Below, in pieces: positions 7,073-14,758 of a stretch of DNA of 31,138 nt. Every line of letters begins with the position of its first letter. The first letter of the stretch is position 1. The position numbers and the translations under genes are program-made. The notes below the pieces were generated by a model, which was not told where the DNA came from, made no database searches, and saw only the letters and a program-made list of their open reading frames with translations. The stretch is taken from assembly GCA_964586755.1 (NCBI GenBank), contig CAZPHJ010000003.1:1-31138 (forward strand). The letters are read 5' to 3'. The stretch is from an uncultured Candidatus Saccharibacteria bacterium. Its GTDB lineage: Bacteria; Patescibacteriota; Minisyncoccia; Phycocordibacterales; UBA9973.

Positions 7073-8005
7073 TTATTCTTTAACGATCCGTATTTTTTCC
7101 TGTATCCACGGTATGCCGGTTTCAGTTTTTACAACCAAGATATATATTCCGGTGACTGAAACAGCATCACGAACTTTGTCCATGTCTGATACATCCATAA
7201 AGTGATTAGCATAGATCAGCTTCCCTTCCAAGTTGTAAATCGAGACGTATCCCGAAAACTTACCGATTGGATCCATCACACCGGAAGTTACCCCGCCGTG
7301 GGTGCGACCTTTGTAGACTGCAGACGAATCCATTTTTTTACTGTTCCGTATATACACACGAAAACTGTAGGGAAAATTATTTACACCGACCGGAATTACC
7401 ATGGAACGTACTGTGGTTTGTACAGTTGTACCCAAGATTGGCAAAATCGTATCAATCACCGCTGGATGTGATTTTACCGGATTCTTAAAAGTAGTATCAC
7501 CATAAGAAACCACGACGGTCACCACGGCATCGTCGTATCCGGACATAAAAACCCCATCAAAATAGGCATTCATTGTGTCAGACTTATGGTTTTTAACAAC
7601 CTGCGTCGGATTGATAAAATACGGAGATAACCGTATTCCAGTATCATTTACCGCAAACGCAATGTCGATAATAGTACCGGTTGAATCAATCTCCATCACT
7701 GTGTCCGTAATGAAGTAAACATGCGGATACGGCACAGAAGTGCGTAATGTATCCACCCGGGTCGCTATTGGGCCGATAGCCACAAATGTGTCCCTCAACC
7801 CCGCCGTAGTAGCAGTATGGGTAATGTCATCATACATACGGATGTTCCGCACTATGGTATTCCCCGGTGTCATACCAGCCATAACGCTGGTCACCCTCAT
7901 GCCCATCTGGGCGTTGGTTTGACTCATGCTCACAGTGAGCTGAGCGTTAACTGAAAATGCGCCAATCAATATGGCCGCGACGAAGAGAATAGATACTTTT
8001 TTCAT
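7073..8005 (-). CDS. Secreted protein with T9SS type-A sorting-domain-like C-terminus
   Basis: Signal peptide MKKVSILFVAAILIGAFSVNA-Q. C-terminus VSIYNLEGKLIY...TGIYILVVKTETG...KIRIVKE matches the I-Y-x-L-x-G-K / G-x-Y-I-L / K-I CTD pattern, but YPNP is absent. Confidence 0.7.
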   Translation of the reverse strand: MKKVSILFVAAILIGAFSVNAQLTVSMSQTNAQMGMRVTSVMAGMTPGNTIVRNIRMYDDITHTATTAGLRDTFVAIGPIATRVDTLRTSVPYPHVYFITDTVMEIDSTGTIIDIAFAVNDTGIRLSPYFINPTQVVKNHKSDTMNAYFDGVFMSGYDDAVVTVVVSYGDTTFKNPVKSHPAVIDTILPILGTTVQTTVRSMVIPVGVNNFPYSFRVYIRNSKKMDSSAVYKGRTHGGVTSGVMDPIGKFSGYVSIYNLEGKLIYANHFMDVSDMDKVRDAVSVTGIYILVVKTETGIPWIQEKIRIVKE

Positions 8006-8063
8006 TTTTTTCTATTTTTTATTTTTGAGTTATGTAAAAGAGATTAGGGTTTTTATCGAACAC

Positions 8064-8092
8064 ACCCTAGCACATTTTAATGAAAAAGTCAA
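8064..8092 (-). promoter_or_regulatory. Sigma70 promoter of the T9SS-CTD gene
   Basis: TTGACT-N17 (ending TGc)-TAGGGT on the minus strand. Confidence 0.65.
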
Positions 8093-8101
8093 GACATAGT
8101 A

Positions 8102-8125
8102 AAAAGCACCCTTGCGGGTGCTTTT
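8102..8125 (-). terminator. Intrinsic terminator of the ABC exporter gene
   Basis: aaaagcaccc-ttgc-gggtgctttt, 5 nt after the stop. Confidence 0.85.
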
Positions 8126-8130
8126 AGATA

Positions 8131-9885
8131 TTAGATATGAAACTGTTTTTTCCAGAATGATGCATACGCACCATCTTTTTCGAGCAAGTCGCTGTGACTT
8201 CCCTGCTCTTCTACTGTTCCGTTTTTGAGAACAATAATTTCATCAAGATTAGAAACTGTGGTAAGCCGGTGAGCAATTACAATAAGTGTTTTGTCTTTCA
8301 TTGCCTTCAACACTCGTTCTATTGCTTCTTCTGTTTCAGAATCAAGCGCAGATGTTGGTTCATCAAGGATTAGGATTGGTGCATCTTTAAGAAAAGCTGC
8401 CGCAATCGCCAAACGTTGGCGCTCACCACCAGAGAGCTTAACTCCTCGTTCACCCACCTTTGTATCATATCCATGTTCTAGTCGATTAATAATAAAATCA
8501 TGACATGAGGCTTTTTTTGCAGCAGAGACAATTTCTTCTTCTCTTGCATTTGGTTTACCGAGAGCGATAATCTCACGAACAGTTCGAAATGGGAACGAAG
8601 GATCTTGTTGTACATAACTAATTAAGCTACGAATGTAATCTCGCGAAAGCTCACTTATTGAAGCTCCGCCGATAGTTATTTTTCCTTGACCATTTTCCAA
8701 TTCAAACTGGCGAAGCAGAAGTCTCGTAATTGTAGTCTTACCACTTCCGGTATGACCAACAAAACCATATCTTTTTCCAGAATGGAGATTAAAGCTAACG
8801 TTTGTGAGTACTGGCAATTCTCTTTTTGGATACCTGAACGATACATCTTGAAACAAAATCCCATGATCAACAATACTCACTGTTGAATCAAAGTGCTGTG
8901 TTCTTCTAACCTCTGGTTCCTTTTCAGAAATAATTTCTGCCATTTCGTGTGCGTCTGCAAATGATGATCGAAGCTTAAATACACTTCTCCCAAACATCCA
9001 CATATATCCCGAAACCGATGCTACAAAGAACTGAACTAGGACAACTGTTCCGACCGACACGACACCTGCCAAAGCTTGAGTAATAATGTAATACATCAAA
9101 ACAACTTCAAGCAAAACACTGAGTCCAGACTGTATAGCCCATTGACGATTACCATGCCACCATGAACGAAAACGAAATGAATGTTCACTCGCCGTCGTTT
9201 CAGCAAAATGAGCGTATTCCAAGTCTTCCCGAACATATGAATGTATCATGTGAGCACTTCCGATAATGTCACTGAGGTGTCCAGTCGTGTGCGTCTCAGC
9301 ATCTGCTGAAGCAAGATCGTGCGGTGTCCGAATGTCTGATAATTTCCAAGTAGTCAGGCCAAAGAGAACTGCCCATCCGAGCAAAATAAATCCAACAACC
9401 GGAACTGTAGAAAGTGCTACGAAAAAAACACCTGTAATCGTAATAACCACGCGAATCATTGTGAACGCAATCTCGTCAAACACAGACTCTGAGGCAATCG
9501 CAAATCTTCTGGATTTTGCACCAATAGAACCAGCAAAATTGTCTAAGAAAAAACTCGTGTCAAAACGTACAAGACGTTTGAGTGCGTAATCTCTCAAGTA
9601 CTTTATGATATGTGACTCAGTTTTTGTTAAACACCAGTCACCGAGGCGATCAATAAACCAACAAACGACCCCAATAATTGGTATAAGGGCAAATAACACC
9701 AACGGATTGTTTTTTTCCGTGAAGCTATCAATGATCCTTCGCCATATTGTCACCTTATACACGTCTCTGAGAAATGTGGTTATACCATATGACACGAGCG
9801 TGCCAACAACATACCAGCGATACTGGTAAAATGCGTGTTTCCAATGACGCCACACCGGAGCGAACAACTGTTTTTTCTTTTCCAT
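8131..9885 (-). CDS. ABC exporter, fused permease and ATPase (MsbA/multidrug half-transporter type)
   Basis: N-terminal multi-TM domain, Walker A GHTGSGKT, signature LSGGERQR, Walker B LILDEPTSALD, H-loop IAHRL. Confidence 0.96.
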   Translation of the reverse strand: MEKKKQLFAPVWRHWKHAFYQYRWYVVGTLVSYGITTFLRDVYKVTIWRRIIDSFTEKNNPLVLFALIPIIGVVCWFIDRLGDWCLTKTESHIIKYLRDYALKRLVRFDTSFFLDNFAGSIGAKSRRFAIASESVFDEIAFTMIRVVITITGVFFVALSTVPVVGFILLGWAVLFGLTTWKLSDIRTPHDLASADAETHTTGHLSDIIGSAHMIHSYVREDLEYAHFAETTASEHSFRFRSWWHGNRQWAIQSGLSVLLEVVLMYYIITQALAGVVSVGTVVLVQFFVASVSGYMWMFGRSVFKLRSSFADAHEMAEIISEKEPEVRRTQHFDSTVSIVDHGILFQDVSFRYPKRELPVLTNVSFNLHSGKRYGFVGHTGSGKTTITRLLLRQFELENGQGKITIGGASISELSRDYIRSLISYVQQDPSFPFRTVREIIALGKPNAREEEIVSAAKKASCHDFIINRLEHGYDTKVGERGVKLSGGERQRLAIAAAFLKDAPILILDEPTSALDSETEEAIERVLKAMKDKTLIVIAHRLTTVSNLDEIIVLKNGTVEEQGSHSDLLEKDGAYASFWKKQFHI

Positions 9886-9930
9886 TTTTTGAGTTTTTTT
9901 GGAGTGAGAAATTATTTTTATTGAGTTTTT

Positions 9931-10016
9931 AAAGAAAAAAGCATCCTATCATTCACAGATGACAGGATGTTTGAAACATTCACGTTGTTAGATTAAACAC
10001 TTACAACATCCTGCCA
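9931..10016 (-). promoter_or_regulatory. Transcription attenuator (mutually exclusive antiterminator and terminator)
   Basis: In the mRNA, A (10016-10005) UGGCAGGAUGUU pairs 12/12 with B (9971-9960) AACAUCCUGUCA, including one G-U. B also pairs with C (9951-9942) UGAUAGGAUG, which is followed by C-UUUUUU-C-UUU. Confidence 0.82.
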
Positions 10017-10118
10017 TAATTGGCATGTATTCCCCATGAGAGTAGAGCGCACAGCAAAAGAGCTGCCGATCCACGGCTTCTGGGAATAGGTATTAAGATG
10101 TTTGTATGTGTTTTTCAT
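9993..10118 (-). CDS. 41-aa leader peptide of the ABC exporter attenuator
   Basis: Manual translation MKNTYKHLNTYSQKPWIGSSFAVRSTLMGNTCQLWQDVVSV*. It starts 9 nt below a -10 element and its last codons overlap antiterminator strand A. Below the ORF-track cutoff. Confidence 0.68.
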   Translation of the reverse strand: MKNTYKHLNTYSQKPWIGSSFAVRSTLMGNTCQLWQDVVSV

Positions 10119-10127
10119 ACTAAATTC

Positions 10128-10155
10128 ACATTAGCATGTAAGAAATATTTGTCAA
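10128..10155 (-). promoter_or_regulatory. Sigma70 promoter of the leader/ABC unit
   Basis: TTGACA-N16 (ending TGc)-TAATGT on the minus strand. Confidence 0.7.
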
Positions 10156-10164
10156 TATAAACAA

Positions 10165-10191
10165 AAAAAACCACCCGACGGGTGGTTTTTT
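10165..10191 (-). terminator. Terminator of rpsF-ssb-rpsR
   Basis: aaaaaaccaccc-gac-gggtggtttttt, just after the rpsR stop. Confidence 0.88.
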
Positions 10192-10197
10192 CAGGAA

Positions 10198-10398
10198 TTA
10201 TTTCTGAACGTAAGGAATAAGTCCCATGAATCGAGCACGCTTCACAGCGAGAGCTACTTTGCGTTGATTTGCAGCTGAGAGGCCTGTGCGGCGTCCGCTC
10301 TGGATCTTGGCTGTAGGACCGAGGAATTTTTTCAAAACCTCAACATCCTTGTAGTCGATGTGTTTTATGTTATTTGATGAGAAAAAATCTTGTTTCAT
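10198..10398 (-). CDS. rpsR: 30S ribosomal protein S18 (no Zn-binding Cys)
   Basis: IDYKDVEVLKKFL, RRTG, QRKVALAVKRARFMGLIPY; third gene of rpsF-ssb-rpsR. Confidence 0.97.
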   Translation of the reverse strand: MKQDFFSSNNIKHIDYKDVEVLKKFLGPTAKIQSGRRTGLSAANQRKVALAVKRARFMGLIPYVQK

Positions 10399-10406
10399 TG
10401 TTTCAA

Positions 10407-10486
10407 CTAGTCATTAGACTCTAGATAATTAGGCGTTAGAATTTTTTGAATTCCTAAAGCCTAGAGCCTAATTTTCTAAATTACTG
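10407..10486. repeat. Inverted CTA-type arrays between ssb and rpsR
   Basis: The arm before rpsR reads ctaacgc-ctaattat-ctagagt-ctaatga-ctag on the minus strand. The opposite arm ctaaagc-ctagagc-ctaatttt-ctaaatta is on plus at 10454-10483. Shares an exact 14-mer, gcctaattatctag, with the efp upstream array. Confidence 0.8.
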
Positions 10487-10942
10487 TTAAAAAGGTATAT
10501 CTTCCGAATTGATATCCTCCATCGGATAATCAATAGTGTCTTCTTCCTTGTTTGATGGAGCGTTGCTCTGTGGATCATTTGATCCGGCAATTGTCGTACC
10601 TCCACCAACTGCTCCACTACGTGGACCAAATTGCACACGATCAGCTACGATTTCTGTGCGATAGTTTTTCTTACCATCTGCACCATCCCAACTGCGTGTC
10701 TGAATGCGTCCTTCAACCATAAGCATACTTCCCTTCTTTACATACTGAGCGACGGTTTCCGCTTGGCGACCAAACACTACAATGTTGTGAAAATCAGACT
10801 GCTCCTTTTTTGCACCGTTTGCATCTTTCCATACGCGATTTGTTGCGATCGAAAGCTGAGTAACTTTTGCACCAGAAGGCAATGCCTTCATTTCTGGATC
10901 ACGAGTCACATTACCGATGATGATTGCTTTGTTGAAAAACAT
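10487..10942 (-). CDS. ssb: Single-stranded DNA-binding protein
   Basis: NKAIIIGNVTRDPE, VEGRIQTRSW, acidic tail EDIPF. Start set to ATG 10942. Confidence 0.98.
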   Translation of the reverse strand: MFFNKAIIIGNVTRDPEMKALPSGAKVTQLSIATNRVWKDANGAKKEQSDFHNIVVFGRQAETVAQYVKKGSMLMVEGRIQTRSWDGADGKKNYRTEIVADRVQFGPRSGAVGGGTTIAGSNDPQSNAPSNKEEDTIDYPMEDINSEDIPF

Positions 10943-11028
10943 ATATTTTCGAGGAGTGATGGCTACGATACAAATCACCCCTATTATTAAACTATTAATC
11001 TCCCAGTGATTCTTAATTTAAAAAAGTA

Positions 11029-11526
11029 TTATGCTGTTACTTCTTTGTCGTCAACTAATGCCTCAATCTCTCGGTCGATTTGCTCCTTAGACATTTCAGG
11101 TTGACCTTCCTTTTCTTTACCTTCTTCCTTTCCTCCTGGACGTCGGCGAACTCCAAAGCCTTTCTTACTTGCAATTGTGTTCTCACGAACAGTCTTCACG
11201 AGCAAGTGGCGAACGAGATCAGTACGGAGACGAAGCGCAGCTTCGAGTCCTTCTACTTCACCACTGTCAAGTTCGAACTTAATCCATCCAAAGTATCCTT
11301 CGTTGAAGCGTTCGATCTTGTTGTTGATCGTACGTTCCATGGTGTATGCAAGCGTAATCAACTTTGGAAATTCTTCCGAAATTGCGATTGCTCCCATATC
11401 TAGGATAGCATTTTTAAGATTACCATAGACCTCAGGGAGCTTTTCCTCTGTGATTTCAGGTACGAGAAGAAACCCGACTTCGTATACTCCGTTGTCAGAT
11501 CCTCCAGTAGTCATCATTTCTTCCAT
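11029..11526 (-). CDS. rpsF: 30S ribosomal protein S6 with an extended C-terminal tail
   Basis: YEVGFLL..., LAYTMER, GYFGWIKF, LVRHLLVK; located upstream of ssb. Confidence 0.92.
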   Translation of the reverse strand: MEEMMTTGGSDNGVYEVGFLLVPEITEEKLPEVYGNLKNAILDMGAIAISEEFPKLITLAYTMERTINNKIERFNEGYFGWIKFELDSGEVEGLEAALRLRTDLVRHLLVKTVRENTIASKKGFGVRRRPGGKEEGKEKEGQPEMSKEQIDREIEALVDDKEVTA

Positions 11527-11581
11527 ATAATATGCGGTAAAACCGCTAGTAAACCTTGTAATATATGCTTAAAAAGCATTT

Positions 11582-11633
11582 TGTCTCATTTCGGACCTTG
11601 CGATAGGCGTTCAGTCACCTATCGAATAAGACA
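11582..11633 (-). ncRNA. S6:S18-binding autoregulatory leader (cis-regulatory RNA)
   Basis: Outer stem UGUCUUAUU / AAUGAGACA, inner hairpin CGAUAGGUG-ACUGAA-CGCCUAUCG, and a 3' asymmetric bulge CAAGGUCCGA containing CCG. It begins at the predicted start site of the rpsF promoter. Confidence 0.72.
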
Positions 11634-11638
11634 CGCAT

Positions 11639-11689
11639 ACACTATCAAAAAAACACGATTTTGACAAGGTTTATTTTTTCCTGTACTGT
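11639..11689. promoter_or_regulatory. Back-to-back divergent promoters with overlapping -35 elements
   Basis: Minus: TTGTCA (11667-11662)-N17-TAGTGT (11644-11639) for rpsF. Plus: TTGACA (11661-11666)-N17-TACTGT (11684-11689) for the STAS-like gene. Confidence 0.62.
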
Positions 11690-11704
11690 TGAGAAAAAAT
11701 ACAC

Positions 11705-12016
11705 ATGGAAAATAACACAATACCTGAGGTTGCGTTCAGAGAACCCAACGTAGATACGGAACTTACCTCGATAGAACAAGGTACGCAAATGCGCAAAAAA
11801 ATGGAAGAGTATTTTGGTAAAGTTGGAACAATACTCTGCGACTTTACTGGAATAGAAACGGTGTCCCGTGAGTTTGCAGAAGAATGTTTTGGAAAACTAT
11901 TCGAATCAAGAAAAAACGGTGATGTGAATACGAATATCCAATTCAGGAATGCTTCTACTCATATTACAAGGATAATCGCTGCAGCAGTGATGATAAGAAT
12001 GAGAACAATAACTTAA
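11705..12016 (+). CDS. STAS-like domain protein (DUF4325-type)
   Basis: 103 aa with L-T-S-x-x-x-G-x-x-x-R, ILCDFTGIETVSREFAEECFGKL, and a C-terminal helix; this is the DUF4325 pattern. Confidence 0.72.
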   Translation: MENNTIPEVAFREPNVDTELTSIEQGTQMRKKMEEYFGKVGTILCDFTGIETVSREFAEECFGKLFESRKNGDVNTNIQFRNASTHITRIIAAAVMIRMRTIT

Positions 12017-12042
12017 CCAAATTGAGGTTAAGTTATTTTTAT

Positions 12043-12861
12043 TTAAAACCCAAATACTCGTTTTGTATTCTCAAGAAGTTGCACTCGGACCACCTCTTCA
12101 TCAAGCTCTTTGATTCGAGCGATTGCTTTTACCACTTCCCGTACATGTATTGGTTCATTGCGTTGTCCTCGATACGGAGTTGGAGTGATGTATGGACAAT
12201 CAGTTTCAGAGAGAATCATATCAAGCGGAGTATTGCGTACTACTTCATCGTAGTCTTTTGTAAATGTAATTACACCGGTGAATGAGAGCGTGAATCCAAG
12301 ATCGAGAAACCACTGTGCCTCTTCCCATGTGCCGGCAAAAAAATGAATGTCCCCTTTTACTTTTGCGTGTTCACGCAAAATATCTGCCGCATCCCTATAG
12401 GCATTGCGAATATGACACATCAACGGCTTGCCAACCTTGTTGGCAATTTCAATATGTTGAATGAAAACTTTTTTCTGTATTTCTTTCGTATCTTCTTCTA
12501 GACGATAATAATCGAGGCCGCACTCGCCAATAGCTTTAACCTTTGGGTTTTCGGCGAGCTTCTCATAGAATGACGGATCGAATGTCTCTCCTCGGCTCGT
12601 AAAAGCCTTTGCCTCTTCACCAAGCTCTTTGGTGTCATGAAATGATGCCGCAGTATGAATCGGGTGCAAGGCTATCGCTGCATACACACCACTTTCATAT
12701 TTTTCAGCAAGACGAACCGCATCCATCGACGTATCTTGCTGAGTGCCCACATTCATCATAACCACCCCAGCTTCTCGCGCCCGCTCAATCACCGCCTCGC
12801 GATCTTCATCGTAGGATTTAAAATTTACATGCGCATGCACATCAACATATTTTAATTCCAT
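12043..12861 (-). CDS. tatD: TatD family nuclease
   Basis: DVHAHVN, LHP, IGECGLDY, CHIR, IHFF, SETDCPY. Confidence 0.97.
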   Translation of the reverse strand: MELKYVDVHAHVNFKSYDEDREAVIERAREAGVVMMNVGTQQDTSMDAVRLAEKYESGVYAAIALHPIHTAASFHDTKELGEEAKAFTSRGETFDPSFYEKLAENPKVKAIGECGLDYYRLEEDTKEIQKKVFIQHIEIANKVGKPLMCHIRNAYRDAADILREHAKVKGDIHFFAGTWEEAQWFLDLGFTLSFTGVITFTKDYDEVVRNTPLDMILSETDCPYITPTPYRGQRNEPIHVREVVKAIARIKELDEEVVRVQLLENTKRVFGF

Positions 12862-12865
12862 ATTC

Positions 12866-14308
12866 TTATTCCTTACGCATAAAGAGCGGAGTTTCTGGCT
12901 TTTTATTGTCTTTAATAAGCGCTTTTAATTTTGCGTTTGTTTCCGGCATGATTGGATTGAGCATTCTCGCAATAGTATACAAATCAAGAACCATTTCCGA
13001 AATGAGCTCCTTTCCTTTTACTTCATCCACTTTTACAACTTTGAAAGGTTCTGTTCTTTGGATTTTTTGGTCGAGTACTTGGATTTTTTCCCAAATGAGG
13101 GCTGTGGCCTTTTGAATATCAAATAATTCAAGCGTATCAAAAAACTCTTGGGGAATAGAACTCTCCGGCAACGGAGGGCACTCGGGGAGATATTTCTCGG
13201 ATAGTGTAAGTATTCGCGAAGCAAGATTTCCCAGCCCATTTGCAAGATGTGCATTGTATGATGCCTTAAATCTCTCCATCGTAAATGGACTATCTTCAAA
13301 AGAAGAGATTTCCTTTGCCAAGAAAAATCGCATTGCATCTGTCCCATACTCTGCAACCACATCCTTTGGGTCGACTCCATTACCGAGAGTCTTCGACATA
13401 CGTACACCGCCATCAGCAGTAATAAAGCCGTTGACTACGATTTGATGAGAATTGGGTACATTTGCGGCCATGAGCATTGCCTGCCACATTGCAGACTGAA
13501 ATCGAGTATTGTCTTTTCCACAATACTGGGTAGGAGCTCCATTTTTCCAATACGTTTCAAAATTACCGCCTTCGTTTGGCCAATCAAGGGTAGAAATATA
13601 ATTGGTTAAAGCATCAAACCAAACATACATCACATGCGCTTCATCCCCTGGCACTGGAATCCCCCACGACATCTTGGTCTTCAAACGAGATATGGAAAAG
13701 TCTTCAAGTCCACGCGCAACAAATGCTTTAATTTCGTTGTAGCGAAAATCTGGTACAACAAAATTTGGATTGGCCTCATAAAAAGCAGTGAGCTTCTCCG
13801 TAAATGCAGAATACTTAAAAAAATAATTTTCCTCCTCAATAATTTCTAGTGCTCGTCCTGGATGAACTGGGCATTCCCCGCTTACCAAATCAGAATCTGT
13901 TTTTACTTCCTCACAACCAACGCAATACTTTGCTTGGTAATTTTTTTTGTAAATATACCCATTCTGGTCACATCGTTTCCAAAATTCTTGAGCCGAAGCC
14001 TCGTGTCTTGCGTCAGTCGTTCGAGCGTAATGAAGAATACTTTCATCCAAGCCAAAAATTTTTACGGATTCAGTAAATCGGGCAAAGCTCTCATCCACAA
14101 ACTCTTGTGGAGTCTTTCCTAAAGACTGCGCTTTTTCATATATTTTCATTCCATGCTCGTCCGTTCCAGTATTAAAAAAAACGTCAAAACCGTTCAGTTT
14201 TTTATATCGAGCAATAATGTCTGCGCGTACAAACTCAAGCGCGTGACCCATGTGAAGGTCCGCATTTACATATGGAAGTGTGGTTGTAATATAAAATGGC
14301 TTTGACAT
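12866..14308 (-). CDS. metG: Methionyl-tRNA synthetase (short form, no C-terminal tRNA-binding domain)
   Basis: YITTTLPYVNADLHMGH, TGTDEHG, YVWFDAL, RMSKT (KMSKS equivalent), knuckle CxxC...CxxH. Confidence 0.98.
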   Translation of the reverse strand: MSKPFYITTTLPYVNADLHMGHALEFVRADIIARYKKLNGFDVFFNTGTDEHGMKIYEKAQSLGKTPQEFVDESFARFTESVKIFGLDESILHYARTTDARHEASAQEFWKRCDQNGYIYKKNYQAKYCVGCEEVKTDSDLVSGECPVHPGRALEIIEEENYFFKYSAFTEKLTAFYEANPNFVVPDFRYNEIKAFVARGLEDFSISRLKTKMSWGIPVPGDEAHVMYVWFDALTNYISTLDWPNEGGNFETYWKNGAPTQYCGKDNTRFQSAMWQAMLMAANVPNSHQIVVNGFITADGGVRMSKTLGNGVDPKDVVAEYGTDAMRFFLAKEISSFEDSPFTMERFKASYNAHLANGLGNLASRILTLSEKYLPECPPLPESSIPQEFFDTLELFDIQKATALIWEKIQVLDQKIQRTEPFKVVKVDEVKGKELISEMVLDLYTIARMLNPIMPETNAKLKALIKDNKKPETPLFMRKE

Positions 14309-14317
14309 AAAATAGTT

Positions 14318-14362
14318 AAAAGTTCATAAAGTTTGTAAAGTTCATAAAGTCATTCAAGTCTT
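14318..14362. repeat. 9-mer tandem arm downstream of the four-helix-bundle gene
   Basis: aaaagttca-taaagtttg-taaagttca-taaagtcat-tcaagtctt. Confidence 0.9.
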
Positions 14363-14707
14363 GAGTGTCTTAATAAACCCAGACAGTATTTTTGAAATTT
14401 CGCTTGCATGATCAGCAAGTACCAGATACTGTTGCTTGTTAATATACTCAAGATCTAGGGCAAGCGCCAGCATAGAACGAACTTCGCCCGATGAACCTTT
14501 GGCTATAAAAAGAAAATTTCTAAACTCCTTGTTCGTCTGCCTCTCGTACCCTTCTGCAATATTATTCATTATTGAAACAACTGCCCTCTCGATTTGGTTT
14601 TTGAATGAAAAATCTTTACATCCAACAAACGTTGAATAAATTATAAGCGAAAAAACTTTGGCTTTTTGCCAAGCAACAATATCTTCAAATTTTTGTATGG
14701 TCGTCAT
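14354..14707 (-). CDS. Four-helix-bundle protein (23S rRNA intervening-sequence protein / S23 family, Avd-related fold)
   Basis: FEDIVAWQKA...IY...FKNQIERAVVSIMNNIAEGYER...F..FL.IAKGSSGEVRSML..A.DL.YI...I..ILSGFIK is the family consensus pattern. Confidence 0.95.
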   Translation of the reverse strand: MTTIQKFEDIVAWQKAKVFSLIIYSTFVGCKDFSFKNQIERAVVSIMNNIAEGYERQTNKEFRNFLFIAKGSSGEVRSMLALALDLEYINKQQYLVLADHASEISKILSGFIKTLKT

Positions 14708-14713
14708 GGGTTT

Positions 14714-14758
14714 ACTTTATAAACTTGATGAACTTTACAAACTTTATGAACTAATACT
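14714..14758. repeat. 9-mer tandem arm upstream of the four-helix-bundle gene (inverted relative to 14318-14362)
   Basis: actttataa-acttgatga-actttacaa-actttatga-actaatact; overlaps the AI-2E gene stop. Confidence 0.9.

Noticed and set aside
8030-8040. TTATGTAAAAG resembling the XerD arm of dif
   Set aside because: No XerC arm at 6-bp spacing; it lies in an A/T-rich leader.
10943-11028. GGGTGAT/ATCACTC hairpin before ssb
   Set aside because: A short stem with a large loop and no known motif; within chance expectation.
14309-14356. TGA read-through (code 25) fusing the four-helix-bundle gene in frame to metG
   Set aside because: The 45-nt gap is in frame, but all conserved genes are intact in code 11 with no internal TGA. 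It would need three read-throughs, and the frame match has a 1-in-3 chance.
14318-14758. Diversity-generating retroelement, suggested by the Avd-like protein
   Set aside because: No reverse transcriptase and no TR/VR pair differing at adenines in the window.
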